A stretch of 64,000 bases of DNA from the NCBI GenBank assembly GCA_964016885.1, contig OZ024742.1, positions 244,404,001 to 244,468,000 on the forward strand, read 5' to 3'. Positions 30,001 to 41,766 of this stretch are shown here, in pieces. A model generated the notes under the pieces. That model saw nothing but the letters and a program-made list of their open reading frames with translations, was not told the origin of the DNA and did not search any database. Source of the stretch: Eledone cirrhosa (lineage: Eukaryota). Made by a program: the position numbers and the translations under genes. Positions within the stretch are counted from its first letter, which is position 1, and every line of letters starts with the position of its first letter.

Positions 30001-33000
30001 TCACTCTACTCCATTCTCTCCTATATTACTCCCACTCATGCTCTTACTATTCTTGTCACTCTACTCCATTCTCTCCTATATTACTCCCACTCATGCTCTT
30101 ACTATTCTTGTCATTCTACTCCATTCTCTCCTATATTACTCCCACTCATGCTCTTACTATTCTTGTCAATCTACCCCATTCTCTCCTACATTACTCCCAC
30201 TCATGCTCTTACTATTCTTGTCACTCTACTTCATTCTCTCCTATATTACTCCCACTCATGCTCTTACTATTCTTGTCACTCTACTCCATTCTCTCCTACA
30301 TTACTCCCACTCATGCTCTTACTATTCTTGTCACTCTACTCTATTCTCTCCTACAATACTCCCACTCATGCTCTTACTATTCTTGTCACTCTACTCCGTT
30401 CTCTCCTTCATTACTCCCACTCATGCTCTTACTATTCTTGTCACTCTATTCCATTCTCTCCTACATTACTCCCACTCATGCTCTTACTATTCTTGTCACT
30501 CTACTCCATTCTCTCCTTCATTACTCCCACTCATGCTCTTACTATTCTTGTCACTCTACTCCATTCTCTCCCACATTACTCCCACTCATGCTCTTACTAT
30601 TCTTGTCACTCTACTTCATTCTCTCCTACATTACTCCTACTCATGCTCTTACTATTCTTGTCACTCTACTCCATTCTCTCCTATATTACTCCCACTCATG
30701 CTCTTACTATTCTTGTCACTCTACTCCATTCTCTCCTATATTACTCCCACTCATGCTCTTACTATTCTTGTCAATCTACTCCATTCTCTCCTACATTACT
30801 CCCACTCATGCTCTTACTATTCTTGTCACTCTACTTCATTCTCTCCTATATTACTCCCACTCATGCTCTTACTATTCTTGTCACTCTACTCCATTCTCTC
30901 CTACATTACTCCCACTCATGCTCTTACTATTCTTGTCACTCTACTCCATTCTCTCCTACAATACTCCCACTCATGCTCTTACTATTCTTGTCACTCTACT
31001 CCATTCTCTCCTTCATTACTCCCACTCATGCTCTTACTATTCTTGTCACTCTACTTCATTCTCTCCTACATTACTCCCACTCATGCTCTTACTATTCTTG
31101 TCACTCTACTCCATTCTCTCCTTCATTACTCCCACTCATGCTCTTACTATTCTTGTCACTCTACTCCATTCTCTCCTATATTACTCCCACTCATGCTCTT
31201 ACTATTCTTGTCACTCTCCTCCATTCTCTCCTACATTACTCCCACTCATGCTCTTACTATTCTTGTCACTCTACTTCATTCTCTCCTATATTACTCCCAC
31301 TCATGCTCTTACTATTCTTGTCAATCTACTCCATTCTCTCCTACATTACTCCCACTCATGCTCTTACTATTCTTGTCACTCTACTTCATTCTCTCCTGTA
31401 TTACTCCCACTCATGCTCTTACTATTCTTGTCACTCTACTCCATTCTCTCCTACATTACTCCCACTCATGCTCTTACTATTCTTGTCACTCTACTCTATT
31501 CTCTCCTACAATACTCCCACTCATGCTCTTACTATTCTTGTCACTCTACTCCATTCTCTCCTTCATTACTCCCACTCATGCTCTTACTATTCTTGTCACT
31601 CTATTCCATTCTCTCCTACATTACTCCCACTCATGCTCTTACTATTCTTGTCACTCTACTCCATTCTCTCCTACATTACTCCCACTCATGCTCTTACTAT
31701 TCTTGTCACTCTACTCCATTCTCTCCTTCATTACTCCCACTCATGCTCTTACTATTCTTGTCACTCTACTCCATTCTCTCCTATATTACTCCCACTCATG
31801 CTCTTACTATTCTTGTCACTCTCCTCCATTCTCTCCTATATTACTCCCACTCATGCTCTTACTATTCTTGTCACTCTACTCCATTCTCTCCTACATTACT
31901 CCCACTCATGCTCTTACTATTCTTGTCACTCTACTCCATTCTCTCCTACATTACTCCCACTCATGCTCTTACTATTCTTGTCACTCTACTCCATTCTCTC
32001 CTACATTACTCCCACTCATGCTCTTACTATTCTTGTCACTCTACTCCATTCTCTCCTATATTACTCCCACTCATGCTCTTACTATTCTTGTCACTCTACT
32101 CCATTCTCTCCTACATTACTCCCACTCATGCTCTTACTATTCTTGTCACTCTACTTCATTCTCTCCTACATTACTCCCACTCATGCTCTTACTATTCTTG
32201 TCACTCTACTCCATTCTCTCCTATATTACTCCCACTCATGCTCTTACTATTCTTGTCACTCTACTCCATTCTCTCCTACATTACTCCCACTCATGCTCTT
32301 ACTATTCTTGTCACTCTACTTCATTCTCTCCTTCATTACTCCCACTCATGCTCTTACTATTCTTGTCACTCTACTTCATTCTCTCCTACATTACTCCCAC
32401 TCATGCTCTTACTATTCTTGTCACTCTACTCCATTCTCTCCTACATTACTCCCACTCATGCTCTTACTATTCTTGTCACTCTACTTCATTCTCTCCTACA
32501 TTACTCCCACTCATGCTCTTACTATTCTTGTCACTCTACTCCATTCTCTCCTATATTACTCCCACTCATGCTCTTACTATTCTTGTCACTCTACTCCATT
32601 CTCTCCTATATTACTCCCACTCATGCTCTTACTATTCTTGTCACTCTATTCCATTCTCTCCTACATTACTCCCACTCATGCTCTTACTATTCTTGTCACT
32701 CTACTTCATTCTCTCCTACATTACTCCCACTCATGCTCTTACTATTCTTGTCACTCTACTCCATTCTCTCCTACATTACTCCCACTCATGCTCTTACTAT
32801 TCTTGTCACTCTACTTCATTCTCTCCTACATTACTCCCACTCATGCTCTTACTATTCTTGTCACTCTACTCCATTCTCTCCTATATTACTCCCACTCATG
32901 CTCTTACTATTCTTGTCACTCTACTCCATTCTCTCCTACATTACTCCCACTCATGCTCTTACTATTCTTGTCACTCTACTCCATTCTCTCCTACATTACT

Positions 33001-36000
33001 CCCACTCATGCTCTTACTATTCTTGTCACTCTACTCCATTCTCTCCTATATTACTCCCACTCATGCTCTTACTATTCTTGTCACTCTACTCCATTCTCTC
33101 CTACATTACTCCCACTCATGCTCTTACTATTCTTGTCACTCTACTTCATTCTCTCCTACATTACTCCCACTCATGCTCTTACTATTCTTGTCACTCTACT
33201 CCATTCTCTCCTATATTACTCCCACTCATGCTCTTACTATTCTTGTCACTCTACTCCATTCTCTCCTACATTACTCCCACTCATGCTCTTACTATTCTTG
33301 TCACTCTACTTCATTCTCTCCTTCATTACTCCCACTCATGCTCTTACTATTCTTGTCACTCTACTTCATTCTCTCCTACATTACTCCCACTCATGCTCTT
33401 ACTATTCTTGTCACTCTACTCCATTCTCTCCTACATTACTCCCACTCATGCTCTTACTATTCTTGTCACTCTACTTCATTCTCTCCTACATTACTCCCAC
33501 TCATGCTCTTACTATTCTTGTCACTCTACTCCATTCTCTCCTATATTACTCCCACTCATGCTCTTACTATTCTTGTCACTCTACTCCATTCTCTCCTATA
33601 TTACTCCCACTCATGCTCTTACTATTCTTGTCACTCTACTCCATTCTCTCCTACATTACTCCCACTCATGCTCTTACTATTCTTGTCACTCTGCTCCATT
33701 CTCTCTTATATTACTCCCACTCATGCTCTTACTATTCTTGTCACTCTACTCCATTCTCTCCTACATTACTCCCACTCATGCTCTTACTATTCTTGTCACT
33801 CTACTCCATTCTCTCCTATATTACTCCCACTCATGCTCTTACTATTCTTGTCACTCTACTCCATTCTCTCCCACATTACTCCCACTCATGCTCTTACTAT
33901 TCTTGTCACTCTACTTCATTCTCTCCTACATTCTCTCCCACTCATGCTCTTACTATTCTTGTCACTCTACTCCATTCTCTCCTACATTACTCCCACTCAT
34001 GCTCTTACTATTCTTGTCACTCTACTCCATTCTCTCCTACATTACTCCCACTCATGCTCTTACTATTCTTGTCACTCTACTCCATTCTCTCCCACATTAC
34101 TCCCACTCATGCTCTTACTATTCTTGTCACTCTACTTCATTCTCTCCTACATTACTCCCACTCATGCTCTTACTATTCTTGTCACTCTACTCCATTCTCT
34201 CCTATATTACTCCCACTCATGCTCTTACTATTCTTGTCACTCTACTCCATTCTCTCCTACATTACTCCCACTCATGCTCTTACTATTCTTGTCACTCTAC
34301 TTCATTCTCTCCTTCATTACTCCCACTCATGCTCTTACTATTCTTGTCACTCTACTTCATTCTCTCCTACATTACTCCCACTCATGCTCTTACTATTCTT
34401 GTCACTCTACTCCATTCTCTCCTACATTACTCCCACTCATGCTCTTACTATTCTTGTCACTCTACTTCATTCTCTCCTACATTACTCCCACTCATGCTCT
34501 TACTATTCTTGTCACTCTACTCCATTCTCTCCTATATTACTCCCACTCATGCTCTTACTATTCTTGTCACTCTACTCCATTCTCTCCTATATTACTCCCA
34601 CTCATGCTCTTACTATTCTTGTCACTCTACTCCATTCTCTCCTACATTACTCCCACTCATGCTCTTACTATTCTTGTCACTCTACTCCATTCTCTCCTAC
34701 AATACTCCCACTCATGCTCTTACTATTCTTGTCACTCTACTCCATTCTCTCCTATATTACTCCCACTCATGCTAATACTATTCTTGTCACTCTACTCCAT
34801 TCTCTCCTATATTACTCCCACTCATGCTCTTACTATTCTTGTCACTCTACTCCATTCTCTCCTATATTACTCCCACTCATGCTCTTACTATTCTTGTCAC
34901 TCTACTCCATTCTCTCCTACATTACTCCCACTCATGCTCTTACTATTCTTGTCACTCTGCTCCATTCTCTCCTATATTACTCCCACTCATGCTCTTACTA
35001 TTCTTGTCACTCTACTCCATTCTCTCCTACATTACTCCCACTCATGCTCTTACTATTCTTGTCACTCTACTCCATTCTCTCCTATATTACTCCCACTCAT
35101 GCTCTTACTATTCTTGTCACTCTACTCCATTCTCTCCCACATTACTCCCACTCATGCTCTTACTATTCTTGTCACTCTACTTCATTCTCTCCTACATTCT
35201 CTCCCACTCATGCTCTTATTATTCTTGTCACTCTACTCCATTCTCTCCTACATTACTCCCACTCATGCTCTTACTATTCTTGTCACTCTACTCCATTCTC
35301 TCCTACATTACTCCCACTCATGCTCTTACTATTCTTGTCACTCTACTCCATTCTCTCCCACATTACTCCCACTCATGCTCTTACTATTCTTGTCACTCTA
35401 CTTCATTCTCTCCTACATTACTCCCACTCATGCTCTTACTATTCTTGTCACTCTACTTCATTCTCTCCTATATTACTCCCACTCATGCTCTTACTATTCT
35501 TGTCACTCTACTCCATTCTCTCCCACATTACTCCCACTCATGCTCTTACTATTCTTGTCACTCTACTTCATTCTCTCCTACATTCTCTCCCACTCATGCT
35601 CTTACTATTCTTGTCACTCTACTCCATTCTCTCCTCCATTACTCCCACTCATGCTCTTACTATTCTTGTCACTCTACTCCATTCTCTCCTACATTACTCC
35701 CACTCATGCTCTTACTATTCTTGTCACTCTACTTCATTCTCTCCTACATTACTCCCACTCATGCTCTTACTATTCTTGTTACTCTACTTCATTCTCTCCT
35801 ACATTACTCCCACTCATGCTCTTACTATTCTTGTCACTCTACTTCATTCTCTCCCACATTACTCCCACTCATATCTCTTACTATTCTTGTCACTCTACTT
35901 CATTCTCTCCTACATTACTCCCACTCATGCTCTTAATATTCTTGTCACTCTACTCCATTCTCTCCCACATTACTCCCACTCATGCTCTTACTATTCTTGT

Positions 36001-38428
36001 CACTCTACTTCATTCTCTGCTATATTACTCCCACTCATGCTCTTAATATTCTTGTCACTCTACTCCATTCTCTCCTATATTACTCCCACTCATGCTCTTA
36101 CTATTCTTGTCACTCTACTCCATTCTCTCCTATATTACTCCCACTCATGCTCTTACTATTCTTGTCACTCTACTCCATTCTCTCCTATATTACTCCCACT
36201 CATGCTCTTACTATTCTTGTCACTCTACTCCATTCTCTCCTACATTACTCCCACTCATGCTCTTACTATTCTTTTCACTCTACTCTATTCTCTCCTACAA
36301 TACTCCCACTCATGCTCTTACTATTCTTGTCACTCTACTTCATTCTCTCCTACATTACTCCCACTCATGCTCTTACTATTCTTGTCACTCTACCCATTCT
36401 CTCCTATATTACTCCCACTCATGCTCTTATTATTCTTGTCACTCTACTCCATTCTCTCCTATATTACTCCCACTCATGCTCTTACTATTCTTGTCAATCT
36501 ACTCCATTCTCTCCTACATTACTCCCACTCATGCTCTTACTATTCTTGTCACTCTACTTCATTCTCTCCTATATTACTCCCACTCATGCTCTTACTATTC
36601 TTGTCACTCTACTCCATTCTCTCCTACATTACTCCCACTCATGCTCTTACTATTCTTGTCACTCTACTCCATTCTCTCCTACCATACTCCCACTCATGCT
36701 CTTACTATTCTTGTCACTCTACTCCATTCTCTCCTTCATTACTCCCACTCATGCTCTTACTATTCTTGTCACTCTACTACATTCTCTCCTACATTACTCC
36801 CACTCATGCTCTTACTATTCTTGTCACTCTACTCCATTCTCTCCTTCATTACTCCCACTCATGCTCTTACTATTCTTGTCACTCTACTCCATTCTCTCCT
36901 ATATTACTCCCACTCATGCTCTTACTATTCTTGTCACTCTCCTCCATTCTCTCCTACATTACTCCCACTCATGCTCTTACTATTCTTGTCACTCTACTTT
37001 ATTCTCTCCTATATTACTCCCACTCATGCTCTTACTATTCTTGTCACTCTCCTCCATTCTCTCCTACATTCTCTCCCACTCATGCTCTTACCATTCTTGT
37101 CACTCTACTCCATTCTCTCCTATATTACTCCCACTCATGCTCTTACTATTCTTGTCACTCTACTCCATTCTCTCCTACATTACTCCCACTCATGCTCTTA
37201 CTATTCTTGTCACTCTACTCCATTCTCTCCTACATTACTCCCACTCATGCTCTTACTATTCTTGTCACTCTACTTCATTCTCTCCTACATTACTCCCACT
37301 CATGCTCTTACTATTCTTGTCACTCTACTCCATTCTCTCCTACATTACTCCCACTCATGCTCTTACTATTCTTGTCACTCTACTTCATTCTCTCCTACAT
37401 TACTCCCACTCATGCTCTTACTATTCTTGTCACTCTACTCCATTCTCTCCTATATTACTCCCACTCATGCTCTTACTATTCTTGTCACTCTACTCCATTC
37501 TCTCCTATATTACTCTCACTCATGCTCTTACTATTCTTGTCACTCTACTCCATTCTCTCCTACATTACTCCCACTCATGCTCTTACTATTCTTGTCACTC
37601 TACTCCATTTTCTCCTATATTACTCCCACTCATGCTCTTACTATTCTTGTCACTCTACTCCATTCTCTCCCACATTACTCCCACTCATGCTCTTACTATT
37701 CTTGTCACTCTACTCCATTCTCTCCTACATTACTCCCATTCATGCTCTTACTATTCTTGTCACTCTCCTCCATTCTCTCCTACATTACTCCCACTCATGC
37801 TCTTACTATTCTTGTCACTCTACTCCATTCTCTCCTATATTACTCCCACTCATGCTCTTACTATTCTTGTCACTCTACTTCATTCTCTCCTACATTACTC
37901 CCACTCATGCTCTTACTATTCTTGTCACTCTACTTCATTCTCTCCTATATTACTCCCACTCATGCTCTTACTATTCTTGTCACTCTACTCCATTCTCGCC
38001 TACATTACTCCCACTCATGCTCTTACTATTCTTGTCACTCTACTTCATTCTCGCCTATATTACTCCCACTCATGCTCTTACTATTCTTGTCACTCTACTC
38101 CATTCTCTCCTACATTACTCCCACTCATGCTCTTACTATTCTTGTCACTCTACTCCATTCTCTCCTACATTCTCTCCCACTCATGCTCTTACTATTCTTG
38201 TCACTCTACTCCATTCTCTCCTACATTACTCCCACTCATGCTCTTACTATTCTTGTCACTCTACTCCATTCTCTCCTACATTACTCCCACTCATGCTCTT
38301 ACTATTCTTGTCACTCTACTCCATTCTCTCCTACATTACTCCCACTCATGCTCTTACTATTCTTGTCACTCTACTTCATTCTCTCCTACATTACTCCCAC
38401 TCATGCTCTTACTATTCTTGTCATTCTA
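1..38428. repeat. 55-bp tandem satellite array, about 700 copies, open at the left edge; consensus TCTTGTCACTCTACTCCATTCTCTCCTACATTACTCCCACTCATGCTCTTACTAT
   Basis: Period of 55 read directly from 1-55 and 56-110. Units differ by a few recurrent SNVs (CTACA/CTATA/CCACA/CTTCA, CTCCA/CTTCA, GTCAC/GTCAA) and a recurrent 56-bp variant (CATTCTCTCCCAC). The array ends at ...TTCTTGTCATTCTA near 38428. The consensus has 43/55 pyrimidines, 2 G and no CpG. Confidence 0.98.
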
Positions 38429-38490
38429 TATTGACTACCCCCAGCCACGGTGGTTCTGATTAAGTACTAACTTGGTCTATGACAACCAGT

Positions 38491-38532
38491 TAAACCCATA
38501 CTAGCATGGGAAAATGGATGTTAAATGATGAT
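38491..38532 (+). mobile_element. Orphan 3' terminus of the RTE-LINE/SINE family found at 40255-40779
   Basis: TAAACCCATACTAGCATGGGAAAATGGATGTTAAATGATGAT resembles CTAACCCATGCTAGCGTGGAAGACAGACGATAAACG...GATGATGAT at 40721-40779. Confidence 0.5.
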
Positions 38533-38748
38533 ATACATAAAGCACCCAAAACAAGAGGACCCTCTGTGATCAATTGATGAGAAGGGACTGTCCTTAGTTT
38601 CGTCCATTTTTCTGTTGTCTTCAGACTTTTTTTCCAATTGATATCATCATCATCGTTTAATGTTCATTTTTCCATTTGGGGCAAATTGGGTCTTACTCAT
38701 ACAGAACTGTTTCTGGCTAGGTGAATGTCCTTCCTAACGCCGACCACA

Positions 38749-38900
38749 TTTACAGTGTGTGCTGGGTGCTTTTTGTCGTGACTCCTACACAACCACTTCA
38801 AAAGTGTGGGCTGGGCACTTTTTGTCATGACACCTACATGACTGCTTTACAGTGTGGGCTGGATGCTTTTTGTTGTGATACCAACACAACTTTACAGTGT
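38749..38900. repeat. About 3 degenerate 45-49-bp tandem repeats in the LINE 3' UTR
   Basis: TTTACAGTGT-like starts at 38749, 38797, 38846 and 38891; the first three are followed by GCTGG..CTTTTTGT..TGA. Two reverse-complement copies start at 40521 and 40569 in the second LINE copy. Confidence 0.75.
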
Positions 38901-39009
38901 AAGGGTGGTGTGAACAGAAGTGGGTGGATGGGTGTTGGGGTGTGGGAGCTGTATGGAAAAGGGGTATAGTTGTTAGGAGGTGCTTACTAGATATATGTTT
39001 CAGTCTGTG

Positions 39010-39720
39010 TGTATGGGAAGGCGGGTCTTCTGTATTACTGCATAACACAAGAGGTGCAATTATGCAAGGTCAGCTTTTATCACCTTATCCCAGGCCTTCC
39101 TGGGTCTTCCTACTCCTTAGCTTCCATCAACTTTGATAGCCCTGCACCTCTTTATACAGCTGTCATCCTTCATACACATCACATGACCATACCAACACAA
39201 TCTTCTCTCTAGCATACTGCATCTGATACCTCTTAGGCCTAATTTCTCTCTCAGTTCATTTACGCTTTGTTGTTCGTGTACATTTCTATTACACATCCAT
39301 CGAAGCATGCAGGCTTCATTTCTTTCCCATCTTTGCAGGTCTTCTGCACACAGTGCGCTGGTCTCACTGCCAAATAACATTGCTGTTCGTATACCTGTAT
39401 CGTACAATCTGCCCTTCATTTTAAGGGGAAAACCTTTTGTAGCAAACAGTGGTGGTAGCTCCCTGAACTCTCTCCATCCCATTCTTATTCTGGCTACTGT
39501 ACTTTTGGAACACCCTCCTCCACTGTTTATTTGGTCACCCAGGTAATGGAAACTGTTGACTATTTCTACAGAGCCATATGGGCATTTGAAGGTGCCCACA
39601 AGATACTAGAGTATCGTGTGGGCACTTGCTACTTACTATACCTGTGCATTGTCCGCATATAAAACCTATGTTCTTTGATAAACTGGCTGTGATCCCACTA
39701 CATCTTTTATGAACCCATAG
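39010..39720 (-). pseudogene. Disabled LINE reverse-transcriptase ORF remnant (partial PHD-like finger plus thumb/C-terminal region)
   Basis: LWVHKRCSGI...FICGQC (ORF 39535..39909) is in a different frame from GTFKCPYGSVEIVNSFHYLGD (ORF 39117..39599), i.e. a frameshift. An in-frame TAA at 39117-39119 precedes GVGRPRKAW. About 30 nt are deleted relative to the copy at 40260-40370. Confidence 0.8.
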
Positions 39721-39739
39721 AGAACTGTAAATTTGGCCG

Positions 39740-39990
39740 GGCATTTTATAGCTGGATGCCCTTCCTAAACGCCAACCACATTTACAGTGTGAAACTGAAT
39801 GGAGGGACAGGCCAGTTGGACACGCTGAGCCCGTCTCACAGCAGAACCATAGTTTTCTAGCCTGGTACCAGATGGTGCCAATCCAAGGAGGGACAACCCA
39901 GTTCGCCACACCCGACCAATCTCACAGTGGAACCACAGTCCGGGAGCCTGGAACTCATTGGCACAATGAGGAGAGATAGGCCAGTTGGCA
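39740..39990 (-). mobile_element. Separate retroelement fragment: shared 3' core motif plus about 2.3 degenerate 83-86-bp tandem repeats
   Basis: GCTGGATGCCCTTCCTAAACGCCAACCACATTTACAGTGT (39751-39790) is a reverse-complement match to 40601-40640. GGAGGGACA..CCAGTT-like motifs start at 39801, 39887 and 39970; TCTCACAG..GAACCA.AGT at 39834 and 39920. Confidence 0.5.
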
Positions 39991-40006
39991 GCGCCGAATA
40001 CACACA

Positions 40007-40254
40007 TATGTATGTATGTATAAATGTATGGATGTATGTATGTGTATGTATGTATGTATGTATATATGTATGAACGTATGAACGTATGTATATGTGTGTA
40101 TATGCATGAATGTATGTATATGTGCGTGTATATATGTATACATAAATTGAGAAGCTTTAGCAGGAATGATGGTCATAAAAAGCTTGTTGTTGCGTGTTGT
40201 TGCATATGTGTACAAACACACACACAGACACACACACACACACACATATATATA
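40007..40254. repeat. Degenerate (TATG)n and (CA)n microsatellites
   Basis: Direct reading: TATG-rich 40007-40142, CA-rich 40215-40246. Confidence 0.85.
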
Positions 40255-40779
40255 AAATCTGGGACGACATGATAACGTCTGACCTTGCACACTTGCACCT
40301 CTCTAAGACAATGTCACTGGATCGAGATCTTTGCCGCCACGCAGTATTACAGAAGACCCGTCTTCCCTACATGCAAAGTTAACCTACAGTCTGTAGGCCT
40401 CTTCAAACTAAACACACCCCAACACACCACCCCACTCCATCCTCCCACTCCCACCAACACCACCCTTTCTCTATAAAGTTATGTCGGTACCACAACATCC
40501 AGGCCGAAACAAATGAGGTCGTGTAGGTGTCACGACAAAAAATACACAGTCCACGCTGTAATGTGGCCGTGTAGGTGACACGGTAAAAACCTCCCAGTCC
40601 ACATTGTAAATGTGGTTGGTGTTAGGAAGGGCATCCAGCCGTAGAAAACCTGCCAGATAGTCCTATACGAGTGAGACACTGTCACCCAACCAACCTTGCC
40701 TCAAGTGGGACAACTCCCGTCTAACCCATGCTAGCGTGGAAGACAGACGATAAACGAAGTTGATAATGATGATGATGAT
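40255..40779 (+). mobile_element. Second, short 5'-truncated RTE-type LINE 3' fragment, opposite orientation
   Basis: Encodes WDDMITSDLAHLHLSKTMSLDRDLCRHAVLQKTRLP, which aligns with the minus-strand copy at 39010-39092 (CTGACCTTGCA..TTGCACCTC; GCAGTA.TACAGAAGACCCG). The 3' UTR has 48-bp repeats, the GTTAGGAAGGGCATCCAGC core and a GATAATGATGATGATGAT tail. Confidence 0.85.
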
Positions 40780-40839
40780 ATATATATATTTGTTTTGCAA
40801 GGTTTTTAATATGAAATATGACCCTCCCCAAGTATAACA

Positions 40840-40908
<69 letters not shown>

Positions 40909-41200
40909 TATATCTTCCTCTTTACACATTATACCCTACCCATCTATTTATTTATTTATCATTCATCTCTCCCTCTCTCTCTCTCTCTCTCTCTTTCTCT
41001 CGACACACACACACATGTACCAAAACACTCAGTCACTAACACACAGACACAAACACGCATATACATCTAGATAGGTACACACAGACACAGCAGCACAGGT
41101 TCACACACACACACACACACACACATACACATGTATATATGTGTATATATATATATATGTGTGTGTATAGATATGTATGTATATATATGTGTGTGTATAG

Positions 41201-41250
<50 letters not shown>
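40840..41250. repeat. Microsatellite cluster: (TA)n, (CT)n, (CA)n, (TA)n
   Basis: Direct reading. Confidence 0.9.
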
Positions 41251-41252
<2 letters not shown>

Positions 41253-41354
41253 CAGAGTATAAAAGAGATTCTACAGGACTGATGATTTCTAATGAATGAA
41301 ACAGTTCTAGTCCTGTAGAATCTCATCTATATTAAAACTTTTATACTCTGCTAT
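41249..41354 (+). ncRNA. Long inverted-repeat hairpin enclosing a degenerate type I hammerhead-ribozyme-like core (candidate)
   Basis: Perfect 16-bp inner stem (41265-41280 with 41309-41324) and perfect 17-bp outer stem (41249-41265 with 41338-41354). CTGATGA at 41279-41285, TTC-TAAT-GAA mini stem-loop, GAAAC at 41298-41302. Stem III and the NUH register are imperfect. The hairpin is certain; ribozyme identity is inference. Confidence 0.4.
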
Positions 41355-41405
41355 GTATTGAGTACCTTACTTACTGTGGTTACCTCCGATTCAACCCGGA
41401 ATAAC

Positions 41406-41707
<302 letters not shown>

Positions 41708-41766
41708 AGTTTCATGCAACATCCTCTGCTACAAATTCTTTTCCGTGGAGGAACAAAAATCTGCTA

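Larger units (their letters stand above)
38643..39720 (-). mobile_element. 5'-truncated, decayed RTE-type non-LTR retrotransposon (ORF C-terminus, 3' UTR, (GAT)n tail)
   Basis: The minus strand encodes motifs typical of the post-RT region of RTE-like LINEs: FHYLGD, ARIRMGWREFREL, KGRLYDTGIRTAMLFGSET, MLRWMC, RRLCWYGHV, GRPRKAWDKVIKADL. The 3' UTR is homologous to 40383-40779. The tail appears as ATCATCATCATC at 38643-38654. Confidence 0.85.

Noticed and set aside
3-38463. Giant plus-strand ORFs (up to 2992 aa) of repeating MLLLFLSLYSILSYITPTHALTILVTLLHSLLHYSHSCSYYSCHSTPFSPTLLPL
   Set aside because: The 55-bp unit has no TAA/TAG/TGA on the plus strand and 55 is not a multiple of 3, so all three frames give the same peptide. 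Stops and +1 indels are tolerated freely, so there is no sign of coding constraint.
38721-39546. Short plus-strand ORFs over the LINE fragment
   Set aside because: Antisense shadows of the minus-strand retroelement, with no recognisable motifs.
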